Source: a virus
DNA length: 64,000 nucleotides
Reading direction: 5' to 3' (one strand)
Virus record (IMG/VR): IMGVR_UViG_3300032050_000037
Span: 32,001-96,000 of that record
Positions within the stretch are counted from its first letter, which is position 1; each line of letters starts with the position of its first letter. Positions 31,231-41,512 of the stretch are shown in pieces. The notes under the pieces are model-generated. The model was not told the origin of the DNA, made no database searches, and worked only from the letters and a program-made list of their open reading frames with translations. A program made the position numbers and the translations under genes.

Positions 31231-31382
31231 AAGAAGTTTTTCTAACCACATTAACTGGTGCTGGAGTAGGAGCAGTATTTGCTTTATTTAAACTTCCAGT
31301 ACCTGCACCGCCAGTATTTGCTGGGGTAATGGGTATAGTAGGATTATGGATAGGATATGGACTGATAGGTAAAATTTTATAA
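31227..31382 (+). CDS. XapX/DUF1427-like small membrane protein (not in track)
   Basis: G..VGAVFALFKLPVPAPPVFAGVMGIVGLWIG signature. Confidence 0.7.
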   Translation: MKEVFLTTLTGAGVGAVFALFKLPVPAPPVFAGVMGIVGLWIGYGLIGKIL

Positions 31383-31720
31383 TGACTGAATCTAAAAATA
31401 CTCTTGAACTAATTAGTGACATCACAGAATTTAATGATCTTCATGAGTTTATGAAAGATGAACATTTAGATAAAGCTTTAGCAATTGTGGTAAAATTACT
31501 AATGAATCCAGACGTACCGTCTGCAAAAGCTCCACATTTAATAATGGAATTGCAGGCAATGTCAACAAAATTTGCAGTAATGGCTTCGGTATATTCTACA
31601 ATTATGAAAGACAAGGCTGGAACAGAAAATAATAATAAAAAGAATGTTTACTATTCAGTAAAGGAGTCCATAGACAAACTTGTAGATGCCCTCAAGTATG
31701 TTGTTAGATATAATGGCTAG
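31382..31720 (+). CDS. Phage hypothetical protein
   Basis: 112 aa, coupled to the Cas4-like gene. Confidence 0.55.
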   Translation: MTESKNTLELISDITEFNDLHEFMKDEHLDKALAIVVKLLMNPDVPSAKAPHLIMELQAMSTKFAVMASVYSTIMKDKAGTENNNKKNVYYSVKESIDKLVDALKYVVRYNG

Positions 31721-32516
31721 AGAAATAGTAAATAATTTAAAATTTAAAAAATACAATGGTAAATTTAACATTGAAGAATTTTCTAAATTATTAGATGATG
31801 CATACCTAGCAACAAAAAGGCCAGATGGTTTAATGACTAAAAAATCATTTAGCCCAAGTAGTTTTGGATACGGCAATGGAAATTGTCCAAGATATTGGTA
31901 TATGGCATTTTCTGGTGCAACATTTATAGATAATAACGATGCTAAAGCAATTGCAAATATGTCTCATGGAACTCAAGCTCATGAAAGATTACAAAAACTA
32001 ATACAAAATCAATCATCAGATTTGTTTAAAACAAATTCTATGAAAGAAGTTAAAACTGAAGTAGAGATAACAAATGAATATCCGCCAATTCGTGGATTTA
32101 TTGATCTTGTAATTAATTGGGATGATGAAGAAGTTATTGGAGAAATAAAGACAGCTAAGCAAGAAGTTTGGGATACTAGACAAGCTGAAATGTCTCCTTC
32201 ATCAAATCATATGCTTCAGCTTTTAACATATATGAAATTACGTAATGCAAAAGAAGCATTTTTTCTATATGAAAATAAAAATACACAAGAGATATTACTT
32301 ATCCCAATACAATTAACAGAAAAAAATAAAAAAATTATTGACGATCTTTTTATTTGGTTATGCGAAGTATATGATAATTTTAAGGATGGGGGATTGCCAA
32401 TGAGACCATTCACCAAAACTTCATATTCCTGTAAAGGATGTCCTATTAAAAAAGAATGCTGGTCAGCAGAAACTGGAACAGTACAGATAGCAGCATATGA
32501 GGCACCAGACTTATGA
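31686..32516 (+). CDS. Cas4-like PD-(D/E)xK exonuclease
   Basis: CPR.W, GT..H, RGFID, EIKT, QL..Y, C..C.....C Fe-S ligands; likely start 31713. Confidence 0.8.
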   Translation: MPSSMLLDIMAREIVNNLKFKKYNGKFNIEEFSKLLDDAYLATKRPDGLMTKKSFSPSSFGYGNGNCPRYWYMAFSGATFIDNNDAKAIANMSHGTQAHERLQKLIQNQSSDLFKTNSMKEVKTEVEITNEYPPIRGFIDLVINWDDEEVIGEIKTAKQEVWDTRQAEMSPSSNHMLQLLTYMKLRNAKEAFFLYENKNTQEILLIPIQLTEKNKKIIDDLFIWLCEVYDNFKDGGLPMRPFTKTSYSCKGCPIKKECWSAETGTVQIAAYEAPDL

Positions 32517-32791
32517 TATGTTTTAATTCAGAATGCGCTAAAAACTTTAATCCTAAAACTCATAATCAAAAGTACTGCTCAGACGAATGCTGTCGAATTG
32601 CTACAAATCGTAGAATAATGGAAAAATATTATGAAAAAAAGGCTATTAAAAGTGGAGCACACAGAATTTGTAAAAATTGTAAAACTAAATTAAGTAGATA
32701 TAATCAATCCAACATTTGTTCTACTTGTGAAAAAAATATTGATTATCAAAGTAAAAAAATTATATGGAGCATATTAGGTGACATTAGCTAA
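32513..32791 (+). CDS. Cys-rich Zn-binding protein
   Basis: Four Cys pairs, QKYCS..C. Confidence 0.6.
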   Translation: MICFNSECAKNFNPKTHNQKYCSDECCRIATNRRIMEKYYEKKAIKSGAHRICKNCKTKLSRYNQSNICSTCEKNIDYQSKKIIWSILGDIS

Positions 32792-33344
32792 CTTAGTTAA
32801 AATAAAAGCTAATAAAGTTTTAGGAATAGATGCCTCCACTAACTCCGTTGCATTTTGCCTTATGGAAAATAATAAACCATTAAAGTGGGGTAAAATTGAA
32901 TTTAAGGGCGCAACTATATATGAAAAAATATATGATGCTAAAATAAAAACTAATTTAATGTTAGAAGAACTAAAGTCAGATTATATTGCAGTAGAAGGTG
33001 CAGTCCTTGTCAGATCAGCAGATGCTGTGATAAAATTATCATATGTCTATGGAGTTGTTATTGCTGAGCTTATGTCTACTGGCGCTGAGGTTATTACTAT
33101 TAGTCCATCCTCGTGGCAGGCATTCATTGGCAACAAAAATCCAACGAAAGATGAAAAGTCTGCAATAAGATTAAAGAATCCTGGATATGCAGATTCTTGG
33201 TATAAAAACCAGTTACGCAACATGCGTAAACAAAGAACGGTAGATTATTTTAATAATAAATATAGTCTATCCTTAAATGATTTCGACGTAGCAGATGCTT
33301 TTGGAATTGCTTATTATTCAAATGAGGTATTAACTAAACGATGA
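32778..33344 (+). CDS. RuvC-like Holliday junction resolvase
   Basis: LGIDAS, AVEG, D.ADAFGIA. Confidence 0.8.
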   Translation: MTLANLVKIKANKVLGIDASTNSVAFCLMENNKPLKWGKIEFKGATIYEKIYDAKIKTNLMLEELKSDYIAVEGAVLVRSADAVIKLSYVYGVVIAELMSTGAEVITISPSSWQAFIGNKNPTKDEKSAIRLKNPGYADSWYKNQLRNMRKQRTVDYFNNKYSLSLNDFDVADAFGIAYYSNEVLTKR

Positions 33345-33502
33345 AATGTGAACATGTTTATAAGCATATGGGCTCAGAAATATGTCCAAAGTGCAATATG
33401 CCAACTCATGAAATTGATTGGGAAAAACAAAGAGAATTAAATAAAGAATGGCTAAAGAAAAATCCAGACGCTTGGAAAAATACTGGGTGGTGGTCTATAT
33501 AA
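33341..33502 (+). CDS. 53-aa hypothetical protein (not in track)
   Basis: MKCEHVY...CPKC..PTHEIDW; ATGA overlap with the RuvC-like stop. Confidence 0.5.
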   Translation: MKCEHVYKHMGSEICPKCNMPTHEIDWEKQRELNKEWLKKNPDAWKNTGWWSI

Positions 33503-33645
33503 AGTTATATCAAAGTAAAGATTGGCTATATCGTAGATATATAGTTCAAAAGAAAACAGTTACTGAAATTTCTAAAGAATGTAAAGTTTCTGCTATGACT
33601 ATACAAAGATACTTAGAGCAATTTGGATTAATTAAAAAGAGATGA
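33448..33645 (+). CDS. Small HTH protein
   Basis: WLYRRY..QKKTVTEISKECKVSAMTIQRYL; start uncertain. Confidence 0.6.
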   Translation: MAKEKSRRLEKYWVVVYIKLYQSKDWLYRRYIVQKKTVTEISKECKVSAMTIQRYLEQFGLIKKR

Positions 33646-34337
33646 ATATAGCCTATAAGCTTTTCCATTTACCAAGAGATCATGATAGAAATAAATTAGT
33701 TGAAAATGTTCATTCTAATTTGCTTAAAAATATAAAAATTCTAGATACAGATACTATCAAAATTTCATCATACGATGAATATGTTAATTTTAAAAATCAA
33801 AATTTAGATTTTAATATAGATATTAATGGATACAATTTAGACAACAAGCAGGGCTGGAGATATGGCGAAGTTGGAATATGGGCAAGCAACTGGCTGGCAT
33901 GGAAAAACTTTATTGATTCTGATTATGACTATTTAATATTAATGGAAGACGATATTATTTTATATGACAATTTTTTAATTGAATTAGAAAAATATATGAA
34001 ACAATTGCCAAAAAGATTTGACGCATTTCATGCATTCTGTCCAGCAGATCAAGATCATAAATATAATACTTCGCTAGATATATCAGATGAATTATGCTCA
34101 TCTTATCAAGACTGGTCTGCTGCCTGCTATATAGTAAGCAGAACAGGTGCTCAAAAAATGATACATTTTGCAAGTAATGGTATAAACTTACCATTAGATT
34201 GGTTTATGTTTAGACAAAAACATTTATTAGAAGTGTTTACTTTAAAGCCAGATGCTAAAAGAATTTGCGACATATTGTCAATAGAGTCAACATTTCAAAC
34301 AAAAGAAGATAGGAAAATTTTAAATGGGATACTCTGA
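33642..34337 (+). CDS. Glycosyltransferase family 25-like
   Basis: GEVG..AS...AW, LILMEDD, CYIVS..GA, LPLDW. Confidence 0.75.
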   Translation: MNIAYKLFHLPRDHDRNKLVENVHSNLLKNIKILDTDTIKISSYDEYVNFKNQNLDFNIDINGYNLDNKQGWRYGEVGIWASNWLAWKNFIDSDYDYLILMEDDIILYDNFLIELEKYMKQLPKRFDAFHAFCPADQDHKYNTSLDISDELCSSYQDWSAACYIVSRTGAQKMIHFASNGINLPLDWFMFRQKHLLEVFTLKPDAKRICDILSIESTFQTKEDRKILNGIL

Positions 34338-34842
34338 TCCAACAAATAAACCTTGGACTAAAGAAAAAATAATTGAAATAAATCCAAAAACAGTTCTTGA
34401 TGTTGGGGCTGGTCAAGGCGTATACCTTGATTTAATTAGAGATGGCCTTGGTTCTGGAGTAATAATAAACGCAGTAGAGGTGTGGCAGCCATATATAGAT
34501 CAATTTAATCTAGAAAATAGATATGATAAATTATTTGCTATGGATGTTAAAGATATGAATAATTTTAAATATGACCTTGTAATACTTGGAGATGTTTTAG
34601 AACATATGTCAGAAGAGTCAGCGGTTGAACTTTGGAATAGAATATCTCAACAGGCAAGAAATGCCATCATATCTATTCCTATTATTCATTACCATCAAGA
34701 TGCAATTAATGGAAATCCATATGAGGTTCATGTGGAAGAAGATTGGAACACCGAAAGGGTTTTAAAAACTTTTAAAGGAATTGTGGAGCATAAAGAATTT
34801 CCAGTGACAGGAGTATTCATAGCGAAATTTGATAATCAATGA
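34324..34842 (+). CDS. Class I SAM-dependent methyltransferase
   Basis: VLDVGAGQG, YDLVILGDVLEH. Confidence 0.85.
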   Translation: MGYSDPTNKPWTKEKIIEINPKTVLDVGAGQGVYLDLIRDGLGSGVIINAVEVWQPYIDQFNLENRYDKLFAMDVKDMNNFKYDLVILGDVLEHMSEESAVELWNRISQQARNAIISIPIIHYHQDAINGNPYEVHVEEDWNTERVLKTFKGIVEHKEFPVTGVFIAKFDNQ

Positions 34843-35552
34843 TTCCAAAGATTATCTGGCAAACTTACAAAGACCCATTTGATCAATTGCAGCCATATAT
34901 GCTGGATGCAGTAAATACGTGGAAGACATTAAATCCTGAATATGAATATAGATATATGGATGATAGTCAAGCTGCACAATTTATTTTAGAAGAATATGGG
35001 CAAGAGTGGCATGATTTATTTGTCGGACTTCCAGTAGGAGTAATGCGTGGTGATTTGTGGAGATATATGATCATTTATAAATACGGTGGAGTATATACAG
35101 ATTTAGATACAGAATGTTTGAATCCAATTAATACATGGTTAAATGAAGAATATGAAATGATTGTTTGTCCTGAAACTGATATTCATTTTTGCCAATGGAC
35201 ATTTGCTGCATCCGCTGGAAATCCTATTTTAAAATCAGTCCTAGATACAATTAAAGAAAAATTAATTAATCCGACTTATGGATCTCCACATTTTGTTCAT
35301 ACCCACACAGGACCAGATATATGGACTAAAGGTATTCTTAAAGCATTAAATATTCAGGTTAACAATTTAATTGATGATTACCTATTGTTAAATTCATCAG
35401 ATAATGCTAAACTATATAAATTCCACTGTTATGGTGGAGAAAATTGGCGGATATTCCATTTTATTGACGTTAAACATATTTATGGTAGTCAAAAATGGGA
35501 AGACGGATACGTTCAATGGATTGAAGATCCACTAGTGAAAGGTACAAGATGA
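34839..35552 (+). CDS. Glycosyltransferase GT32 (OCH1-like, DXD)
   Basis: MIPKIIWQT, DLWRY, YGGVYTDLD, TGP. Confidence 0.85.
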   Translation: MIPKIIWQTYKDPFDQLQPYMLDAVNTWKTLNPEYEYRYMDDSQAAQFILEEYGQEWHDLFVGLPVGVMRGDLWRYMIIYKYGGVYTDLDTECLNPINTWLNEEYEMIVCPETDIHFCQWTFAASAGNPILKSVLDTIKEKLINPTYGSPHFVHTHTGPDIWTKGILKALNIQVNNLIDDYLLLNSSDNAKLYKFHCYGGENWRIFHFIDVKHIYGSQKWEDGYVQWIEDPLVKGTR

Positions 35553-35878
35553 GCTTAAAGCCAGTATTCGAAGATATAAAAGAATTTAGATGTGAAGACT
35601 TATATCTATTAACAGTAGGTACAGCAGCAGGTCAAGAAATTTGGAATACCTGTCATGAAATTGCTCATATGCTTATTGAAAAAAATATATCATATGGAAA
35701 TTCAGCCTTAGATCCTGTTCGTATATTTTCAAAAGCAGGTCCTAGAGAGCAACTGCATGTCCGTATTGATGATAAATTAAATAGACTTATGAAGGGCACA
35801 GATTATCCTGGAGATAATGATATTGATGATTTAATTGGATATTTAGTATTGCTTAAAATAGCAAAATCTCAATCTTAG
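35549..35878 (+). CDS. Nucleotide-modification-associated domain 1 (DUF1599-like)
   Basis: KN.SYG.S, RIDDKL.R, DLIGY. Confidence 0.6.
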   Translation: MSLKPVFEDIKEFRCEDLYLLTVGTAAGQEIWNTCHEIAHMLIEKNISYGNSALDPVRIFSKAGPREQLHVRIDDKLNRLMKGTDYPGDNDIDDLIGYLVLLKIAKSQS

Positions 35879-35907
35879 TCAACTAAAATATGGTATAATA
35901 AATTAAT

Positions 35908-36441
35908 ATGGAAATTGAATTATCTGATCATTTTGATCGTATGAATAAAGTTGTTGCCGAACTTTTAAAGGGCAATAATCCGACCCAGATTGCCTCTCTG
36001 ACGGGCTTTAAACGTTCTGATGTAGTAGAACTTATAGATGAGTGGAAAACCGTCGTATACAACGATACAAGCTCTAAGGAACGGGCTAAAGAGGCTATTT
36101 CAGGAGCAGACCAACATTACTCAATGTTAATTAAAGAAGCCTGGAAAACTGTAGAGGACGCAGATCAGGCAGGTCAATTAAATGTAAAAGCAAACGCTCT
36201 TAAATTAATTTCAGATATTGAAACAAAAAGAATTACTATGCTTAAAGAAGTAGGTCTTTTAGATAATGCTGAATTAGCATCACAAATTGCTGAAACAGAA
36301 CATAAGCAAGAAATATTAGTTAAAATATTAAAAGAAGTTACATCTTCTTGTCCTAAATGTAAAATGGATGTTGCAAAAAGATTATCACAAATAACTGGAA
36401 TAGTAGAGCCAGTAATAATAGATTCAGGAGAAGCATTATAA
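35908..36441 (+). CDS. HTH protein, probable terminase small subunit
   Basis: N-terminal HTH plus helical body; upstream of large terminase; TGGTATAAT promoter. Confidence 0.55.
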   Translation: MEIELSDHFDRMNKVVAELLKGNNPTQIASLTGFKRSDVVELIDEWKTVVYNDTSSKERAKEAISGADQHYSMLIKEAWKTVEDADQAGQLNVKANALKLISDIETKRITMLKEVGLLDNAELASQIAETEHKQEILVKILKEVTSSCPKCKMDVAKRLSQITGIVEPVIIDSGEAL

Positions 36442-36998
36442 TGTTTGAAAATTTTAAAAGAATTGGTGAAGAAATATATGTTTATGAAAATTTTTTATCC
36501 AAAGAAGAGTCAAACAATATAGTTGATATATTAGAAAAAATTAATGAAGAAGAATGGATTAAAGAAAATAATTTTTCTAGAACAGAACCATTGTCTGAAA
36601 TTATTAAATTAAGAAATAGAATTAATACCATGATACCAGAAGGCTTATATCTTGGAAAAGCAAGCACTGCAACTAGGTTGGTCAAAGGAAATTTTTGGGG
36701 AGAACATTCTGATATACATGATTTTACTGAAGCAGAAAATCTATCTAAGCTATACGTTGAAGGAACTCCATATAAAGAGTTAGAATTATCAATTTATGGT
36801 TTAGTAGTATATTTAAATAAATTTGAAGGCGGAGAAATATATTATCCGACACAAAATATAATTTATGCTCCAAATCAAGGAGACATGGTAATACATAGTG
36901 CATTACCAATTGCTTTGCATGGTGTAAAGCCAGTAATATCTGAAAAAAGATACTCATATAGTAATCACATATATAAGAAAGTAAAAGTCCCAGCATAA
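36441..36998 (+). CDS. 2OG-Fe(II) oxygenase
   Basis: HSD, YLNKFEGGEI, HGV, RY. Confidence 0.8.
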   Translation: MFENFKRIGEEIYVYENFLSKEESNNIVDILEKINEEEWIKENNFSRTEPLSEIIKLRNRINTMIPEGLYLGKASTATRLVKGNFWGEHSDIHDFTEAENLSKLYVEGTPYKELELSIYGLVVYLNKFEGGEIYYPTQNIIYAPNQGDMVIHSALPIALHGVKPVISEKRYSYSNHIYKKVKVPA

Positions 36999-38788
36999 TG
37001 TCTTTTGATTTTTCTGATTTAATTGATATTTTAGATGGCGAAGAATTTGAAGAGCGCCCAGTAGACCTAAAAACATTTGTTACTAGTCCAGAATATCTAG
37101 GATTGCCACCACTTTCAGAATATCAATATACATTAATTGAAAAAGGTTCTCAAATATATAAAGAGTCTACCTTAATTAAATTATTTGGAGAAGAGGAAGG
37201 CAAACGGAGATTTAAACAGACTTGTACAGAAATCATTGCTCAATTGGGTAAGGGTTCAGGAAAAGACTATACATCTACAATATCAGTTTCCTATATGGTT
37301 TACTTATTATTATGTTTAAAAGATCCAGCAACATATTACGGAAAACCACCTGGAGATACAATTGATATTATTAATATTGCTGTTAACGCACAGCAAGCAA
37401 ACAACGTATTTTTTAAAGGATTTAAAACACGTATAGATAGAAGTCCATGGTTTGTAGGAAAATATGATCCAAAAGCTTCTGAGATTAGATTTGATAAAAA
37501 TGTAAATGTATACTCAGGACATTCAGAAAGAGAAGCTTTTGAAGGGTATAACGTAATTGCTGTCATTCTAGACGAAATTTCTGGCTTCGCCACAGAAAAT
37601 ACAACTGGACATGATCAAGCTAAAACCGCAGATGCAATATACGATATGTATCGTGGATCTGTAATATCACGCTTTCCAGATTACGGTAAAGTAATTTTAC
37701 TTTCATTTCCTCGTTTTAAAAATGATCCAATCCAAAAATTTTACGACTCAGTAGTAGCGGAAAAAGAAACTATTATTAAATCTAAAATTTTAAAAATGAA
37801 TGAAGACCTACCAGACGGAACGCAGGGTAATGAAATAACGGTTGAATGGGAAGAAGATCATATAATTTCATATAATATTCCTAAAGTATATGCACTTAAA
37901 AGACCAACCTGGGACGTAAATCCTACTAAAAAAATTGAAGATTTTAAAATAGAATTTTATAAAAACATGCCAGATGCACTAAGTCGTTTTGCTTGCATGC
38001 CACCAGAAGCAATAGATGCATTTTTTAAATCAAGAGAAAAAATTGAATTAGCTTTTAATAATACTGCATTAGCCATAGATCAATTTGGAAGATTCGAAAA
38101 TTGGTTCGCCCCAGATCCAGACAAAGATTATTTTATACACGTAGATTTAGCACAAAAACATGACCACTGCGCTGTGTCTTTAGCTCATGTTCAAAAATGG
38201 GTAAACGTAAAAGTAACAGATACTTACTCACAACCAGCACCAATAGTTGAAGTTGATGCAATAAGATATTGGACACCTACTGCAGATAAATCAGTAGATT
38301 TTACCGAAGTTAAAGATTATATATTGGCTTTAAGAACTAAGGGATTCAAAATAAAAATATGCACATTTGACCGATGGAACTCTCATGATATGATGCAACA
38401 ACTTAAACAATATGGAATAAATACTGAAATTTTATCTGTTGCTAAAAAACATTATGACGACATGGCAATGGTTGTATTAGAAGAAAGACTACATGGGCCA
38501 CATATTCCATTATTAATAGATGAGTTACTTCAATTAAAAATTATGAGAGATAAAGTTGATCACCCAAGAAAAGGATCTAAAGACTTAGCAGATGCCGTAT
38601 GTGGATCAATTTATAATGCTATAAGTAGAACTAGGTTTGATTCAAATCAAGAAATCAAAATTCATACATATGAATCAATGAGTTTTGAAGATCATAATAC
38701 AGAAGAAGTCTTTGTACAAAATATGATAAGAGCTCCAAGAATGCCAGAAGATTTAAAAGAGTCAATAGACAGGATGATGACAATATGA
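36998..38788 (+). CDS. terL: Terminase large subunit
   Basis: Walker A GKGSGKD, Walker B VILDE, nuclease HVDLA, FDRW, KVDHP..GSKD.ADA. Confidence 0.9.
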   Translation: MSFDFSDLIDILDGEEFEERPVDLKTFVTSPEYLGLPPLSEYQYTLIEKGSQIYKESTLIKLFGEEEGKRRFKQTCTEIIAQLGKGSGKDYTSTISVSYMVYLLLCLKDPATYYGKPPGDTIDIINIAVNAQQANNVFFKGFKTRIDRSPWFVGKYDPKASEIRFDKNVNVYSGHSEREAFEGYNVIAVILDEISGFATENTTGHDQAKTADAIYDMYRGSVISRFPDYGKVILLSFPRFKNDPIQKFYDSVVAEKETIIKSKILKMNEDLPDGTQGNEITVEWEEDHIISYNIPKVYALKRPTWDVNPTKKIEDFKIEFYKNMPDALSRFACMPPEAIDAFFKSREKIELAFNNTALAIDQFGRFENWFAPDPDKDYFIHVDLAQKHDHCAVSLAHVQKWVNVKVTDTYSQPAPIVEVDAIRYWTPTADKSVDFTEVKDYILALRTKGFKIKICTFDRWNSHDMMQQLKQYGINTEILSVAKKHYDDMAMVVLEERLHGPHIPLLIDELLQLKIMRDKVDHPRKGSKDLADAVCGSIYNAISRTRFDSNQEIKIHTYESMSFEDHNTEEVFVQNMIRAPRMPEDLKESIDRMMTI

Positions 38789-39024
38789 ATATATACCAGG
38801 AAAAAGCAAAAGAATGTAAATGCTGTGGGAAGCATGTTCCACTTCCAACAACATTAAAAGAATATAATGGAATAACAGTATGCCCTACTACATTTTCTAA
38901 TATAGTAGAATATGCTAGAATATGGAATGCTGCAGGAAGTAGACCTTCGGGAAGTATAAGAAAACATTTTTCTGAATACGTTCAGCAAATAGTTGAAAAT
39001 GAATTAAATAAAAAGGATATCTAA
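38785..39024 (+). CDS. Small Zn-binding hypothetical protein
   Basis: CKCC...CPT. Confidence 0.5.
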   Translation: MNIYQEKAKECKCCGKHVPLPTTLKEYNGITVCPTTFSNIVEYARIWNAAGSRPSGSIRKHFSEYVQQIVENELNKKDI

Positions 39025-39026
39025 TT

Positions 39027-40007
39027 ATGAGTGTTAGCATTTCCAGCAATGAAATAAAAGTAGGAAATCTAAGATATTTTTCAGATGAAAATCTCATAAG
39101 TATAGTAGATGAAAAATTTACTTTAGAAAGTCAAGATAAAAAACATTTTTTTGCTGAAGATAATAGGTCTTTTAAAATTCTATCTAGCCAACCTAAAATT
39201 TTAATTAAAGTTCATCAAAATCCTCTTCACAATGTAATAAATACTTATGGAACAATTTTAAATTGTTTAAATATTTTTGAAAATCCATTATTTATTTTTA
39301 ATACTTATAATTTAAGGCCAGGGTACTTAAATCATAATCTAATTGAATTTTTTTATTGTTTTTTAAAAGATAATAATATAAATAGAATGTTCTTAGATCC
39401 TGCATTACATTCTCAAATATTAATCGATAATTTTTATTTTGCAATGCAATCAGACGACCAGCCAGTACCAAATCCAATTAATAAAATTAATGAAAAATTT
39501 TTAGACTATGTCGATAGAGATTATGAGCCATTTAGAAAAGTGTATGTAAGCAGAAAAAATATTGTGCCTAAAACTTATGAATTTGAAAAAAAGCAAGATT
39601 TACTTAAAGATTTTAAAGAAAGATTATCTGATGAATATATATTAGAAAAGTATTTTCAAGATAAAAATTTTGAGATAGTCTATCCAGAAAATTTTAATTC
39701 ATTTATAGAGCAAATAAACTATTTTAGTGAAGTTAAAACACTTATTTCTTTAAGTGGAGCAAGTGCAATGAATGGAATTTTTATGAAACCAAAAACTAAT
39801 ATTCTAGAAATATCAACAGAATTAGTTACTCCACATAATTCAAGAGAGCATGGAGGATTCATTAGAGCACAACATCATTTTTTTCATAACATTTCATATG
39901 AAAGAGATATATATTTTTATTCTATAAAAAATGATACCAAAAAGTCTGAGGACATAATTAATAAAATAGAATCAAATAAATTTTTAAAGGAGTTAGTTAA
40001 TGAATAA
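39027..40007 (+). CDS. Glycosyltransferase family 61-like
   Basis: KVYVSR, FEIVYPE..SF.EQI..F, GAS..N.IFM, ILEI. Confidence 0.75.
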   Translation: MSVSISSNEIKVGNLRYFSDENLISIVDEKFTLESQDKKHFFAEDNRSFKILSSQPKILIKVHQNPLHNVINTYGTILNCLNIFENPLFIFNTYNLRPGYLNHNLIEFFYCFLKDNNINRMFLDPALHSQILIDNFYFAMQSDDQPVPNPINKINEKFLDYVDRDYEPFRKVYVSRKNIVPKTYEFEKKQDLLKDFKERLSDEYILEKYFQDKNFEIVYPENFNSFIEQINYFSEVKTLISLSGASAMNGIFMKPKTNILEISTELVTPHNSREHGGFIRAQHHFFHNISYERDIYFYSIKNDTKKSEDIINKIESNKFLKELVNE

Positions 40008-41109
40008 TTTAAATATTGTTATTCCTATGGCTGGGCTAGGTACTAGATTTATAAATGCTGGTATTTTAGAACCAAAACCACTAATAAAAGTAAATAAAAA
40101 ATATTTAATAGAACATTCTGTATCAACTTTAGGAATAAAAGCTAGATATATTTTTATAACTAGAAATTATGAAAACGAAAATCATAACAGAAAACTTTCA
40201 GATTTATTAAAAACAATATCTCCAGAAAGCATAGAAATTAAAATAGACACTTTAACTAGTGGTGCTACCGAAACTGTTCTGTATGCTAAAGAATATATTA
40301 ATAATGATAATCCATTAATTATTACAAATTGTGATCAAATAATCAATTGGAATAGTCAAGATTTTTTAGAATTTGTTAGCGACGATAATTGTGACGGAGC
40401 AGTTGTATTATTTAAATCAAATGATTTAAAAAATAGTTTTGCTGAAATTAATAATAATTTAGTTACAAAAATTGCTGAGAAAGAAAGTATTAGTGATAAT
40501 GCTCTAGTAGGAATACATTATTGGAAAAATGGAAAAGATTTTGTATTTTCAGCACAAAATTTATTAAATACTTTTAGAAAATTAGGAACTCCAGAGTGTT
40601 ATATTTCTGAAACATATAATTATTTAATAGAAAATAATAAAAAAATATATCCATATTTTTTACAAAAACACGCCTACATTGCTCTAGGGACACCAGAAGA
40701 TCTAGAAAAATATAATGGAAAAGTTAGAGAGTACTATACAGAAAAACCAAAAACAATATTTTGCGATATTGATGGAACTATATTAAAACATTCACATAGA
40801 TTTAGTGATATAGGAAAAGCAGACCCAGAAATTTTAAATGGAGTATTAAATAAATTTAATGATTGGGATTCTAAAGGATATAAAATTATTTTAACTACCG
40901 CAAGAAAAGAATCAGCTAGAAGTATAACAGAAAAACATTTACAAAGTCTTGGTTTATGCTGGGATATGTTATTGATGAACATGACAAGCGGAAATAGATT
41001 TTTAATCAACGATAAACTTTTACCAGAAGACAATAACCGTGCTACTGCAATTAACTTAATTACAGATTCTGGATTTGATACTATAAATTGGACAGAGTAT
41101 GGATTATGA
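40000..41109 (+). CDS. Sugar nucleotidyltransferase fused to HAD phosphatase
   Basis: IPMAGLGTRF...PKPLI, LGTPEDL; C-terminal FCDIDGT, TAR, IND. Confidence 0.8.
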   Translation: MNNLNIVIPMAGLGTRFINAGILEPKPLIKVNKKYLIEHSVSTLGIKARYIFITRNYENENHNRKLSDLLKTISPESIEIKIDTLTSGATETVLYAKEYINNDNPLIITNCDQIINWNSQDFLEFVSDDNCDGAVVLFKSNDLKNSFAEINNNLVTKIAEKESISDNALVGIHYWKNGKDFVFSAQNLLNTFRKLGTPECYISETYNYLIENNKKIYPYFLQKHAYIALGTPEDLEKYNGKVREYYTEKPKTIFCDIDGTILKHSHRFSDIGKADPEILNGVLNKFNDWDSKGYKIILTTARKESARSITEKHLQSLGLCWDMLLMNMTSGNRFLINDKLLPEDNNRATAINLITDSGFDTINWTEYGL

Positions 41110-41426
41110 TAATAGATAATATTAAAAATATGAAAATGGGTTGGTTTATAGGAGATTTCGACCCATCAGTTTATAAAACAAAAGAGTTTGAGGTTGGATA
41201 TAAAGAGCATATTGCAGGAGAGCAATATGGTCATCATTACCATTCTAAAATTAAAGAAATTAATTTTTTAATAGAAGGAACTATGTTTATTCATAATAAA
41301 GAATTAAATGCTGGAGACATATTTATTTTAGAACCATTCGAAATAGCAGACCCAGAATTTATAACTAATTGCAAAATTATATGTATAAAAATACCTGGGA
41401 TAGTTGGAGATAAAATAAATATATGA
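41088..41426 (+). CDS. RmlC-like cupin
   Basis: GWFIGDF.P, HHYH....E; likely start 41106. Confidence 0.7.
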   Translation: MDRVWIMIIDNIKNMKMGWFIGDFDPSVYKTKEFEVGYKEHIAGEQYGHHYHSKIKEINFLIEGTMFIHNKELNAGDIFILEPFEIADPEFITNCKIICIKIPGIVGDKINI

Positions 41427-41512
41427 TTAAAAAAATTATTAATAAAATTAAATTTATTCTATGGATTAAAAAAAATAAAAAAGCTTTTAAAAAAAGGAAT
41501 TTTTTATACTAA
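41423..41512 (+). CDS. 29-aa Lys-rich microprotein (not in track)
   Basis: MIKKIINKIKFILWIKKNKKAFKKRNFLY; coupled at both ends. Confidence 0.55.
   Translation: MIKKIINKIKFILWIKKNKKAFKKRNFLY

Noticed and set aside
31686-32516. Cas4 as evidence of a CRISPR-Cas system
   Set aside because: No cas1/cas2 and no repeat-spacer array seen; solo Cas4-like nucleases are common phage recombination genes
21227-38788. Inteins or introns in DnaB, DnaE, RecA or TerL
   Set aside because: Lengths are normal, motifs are contiguous and no splice-junction signatures were seen
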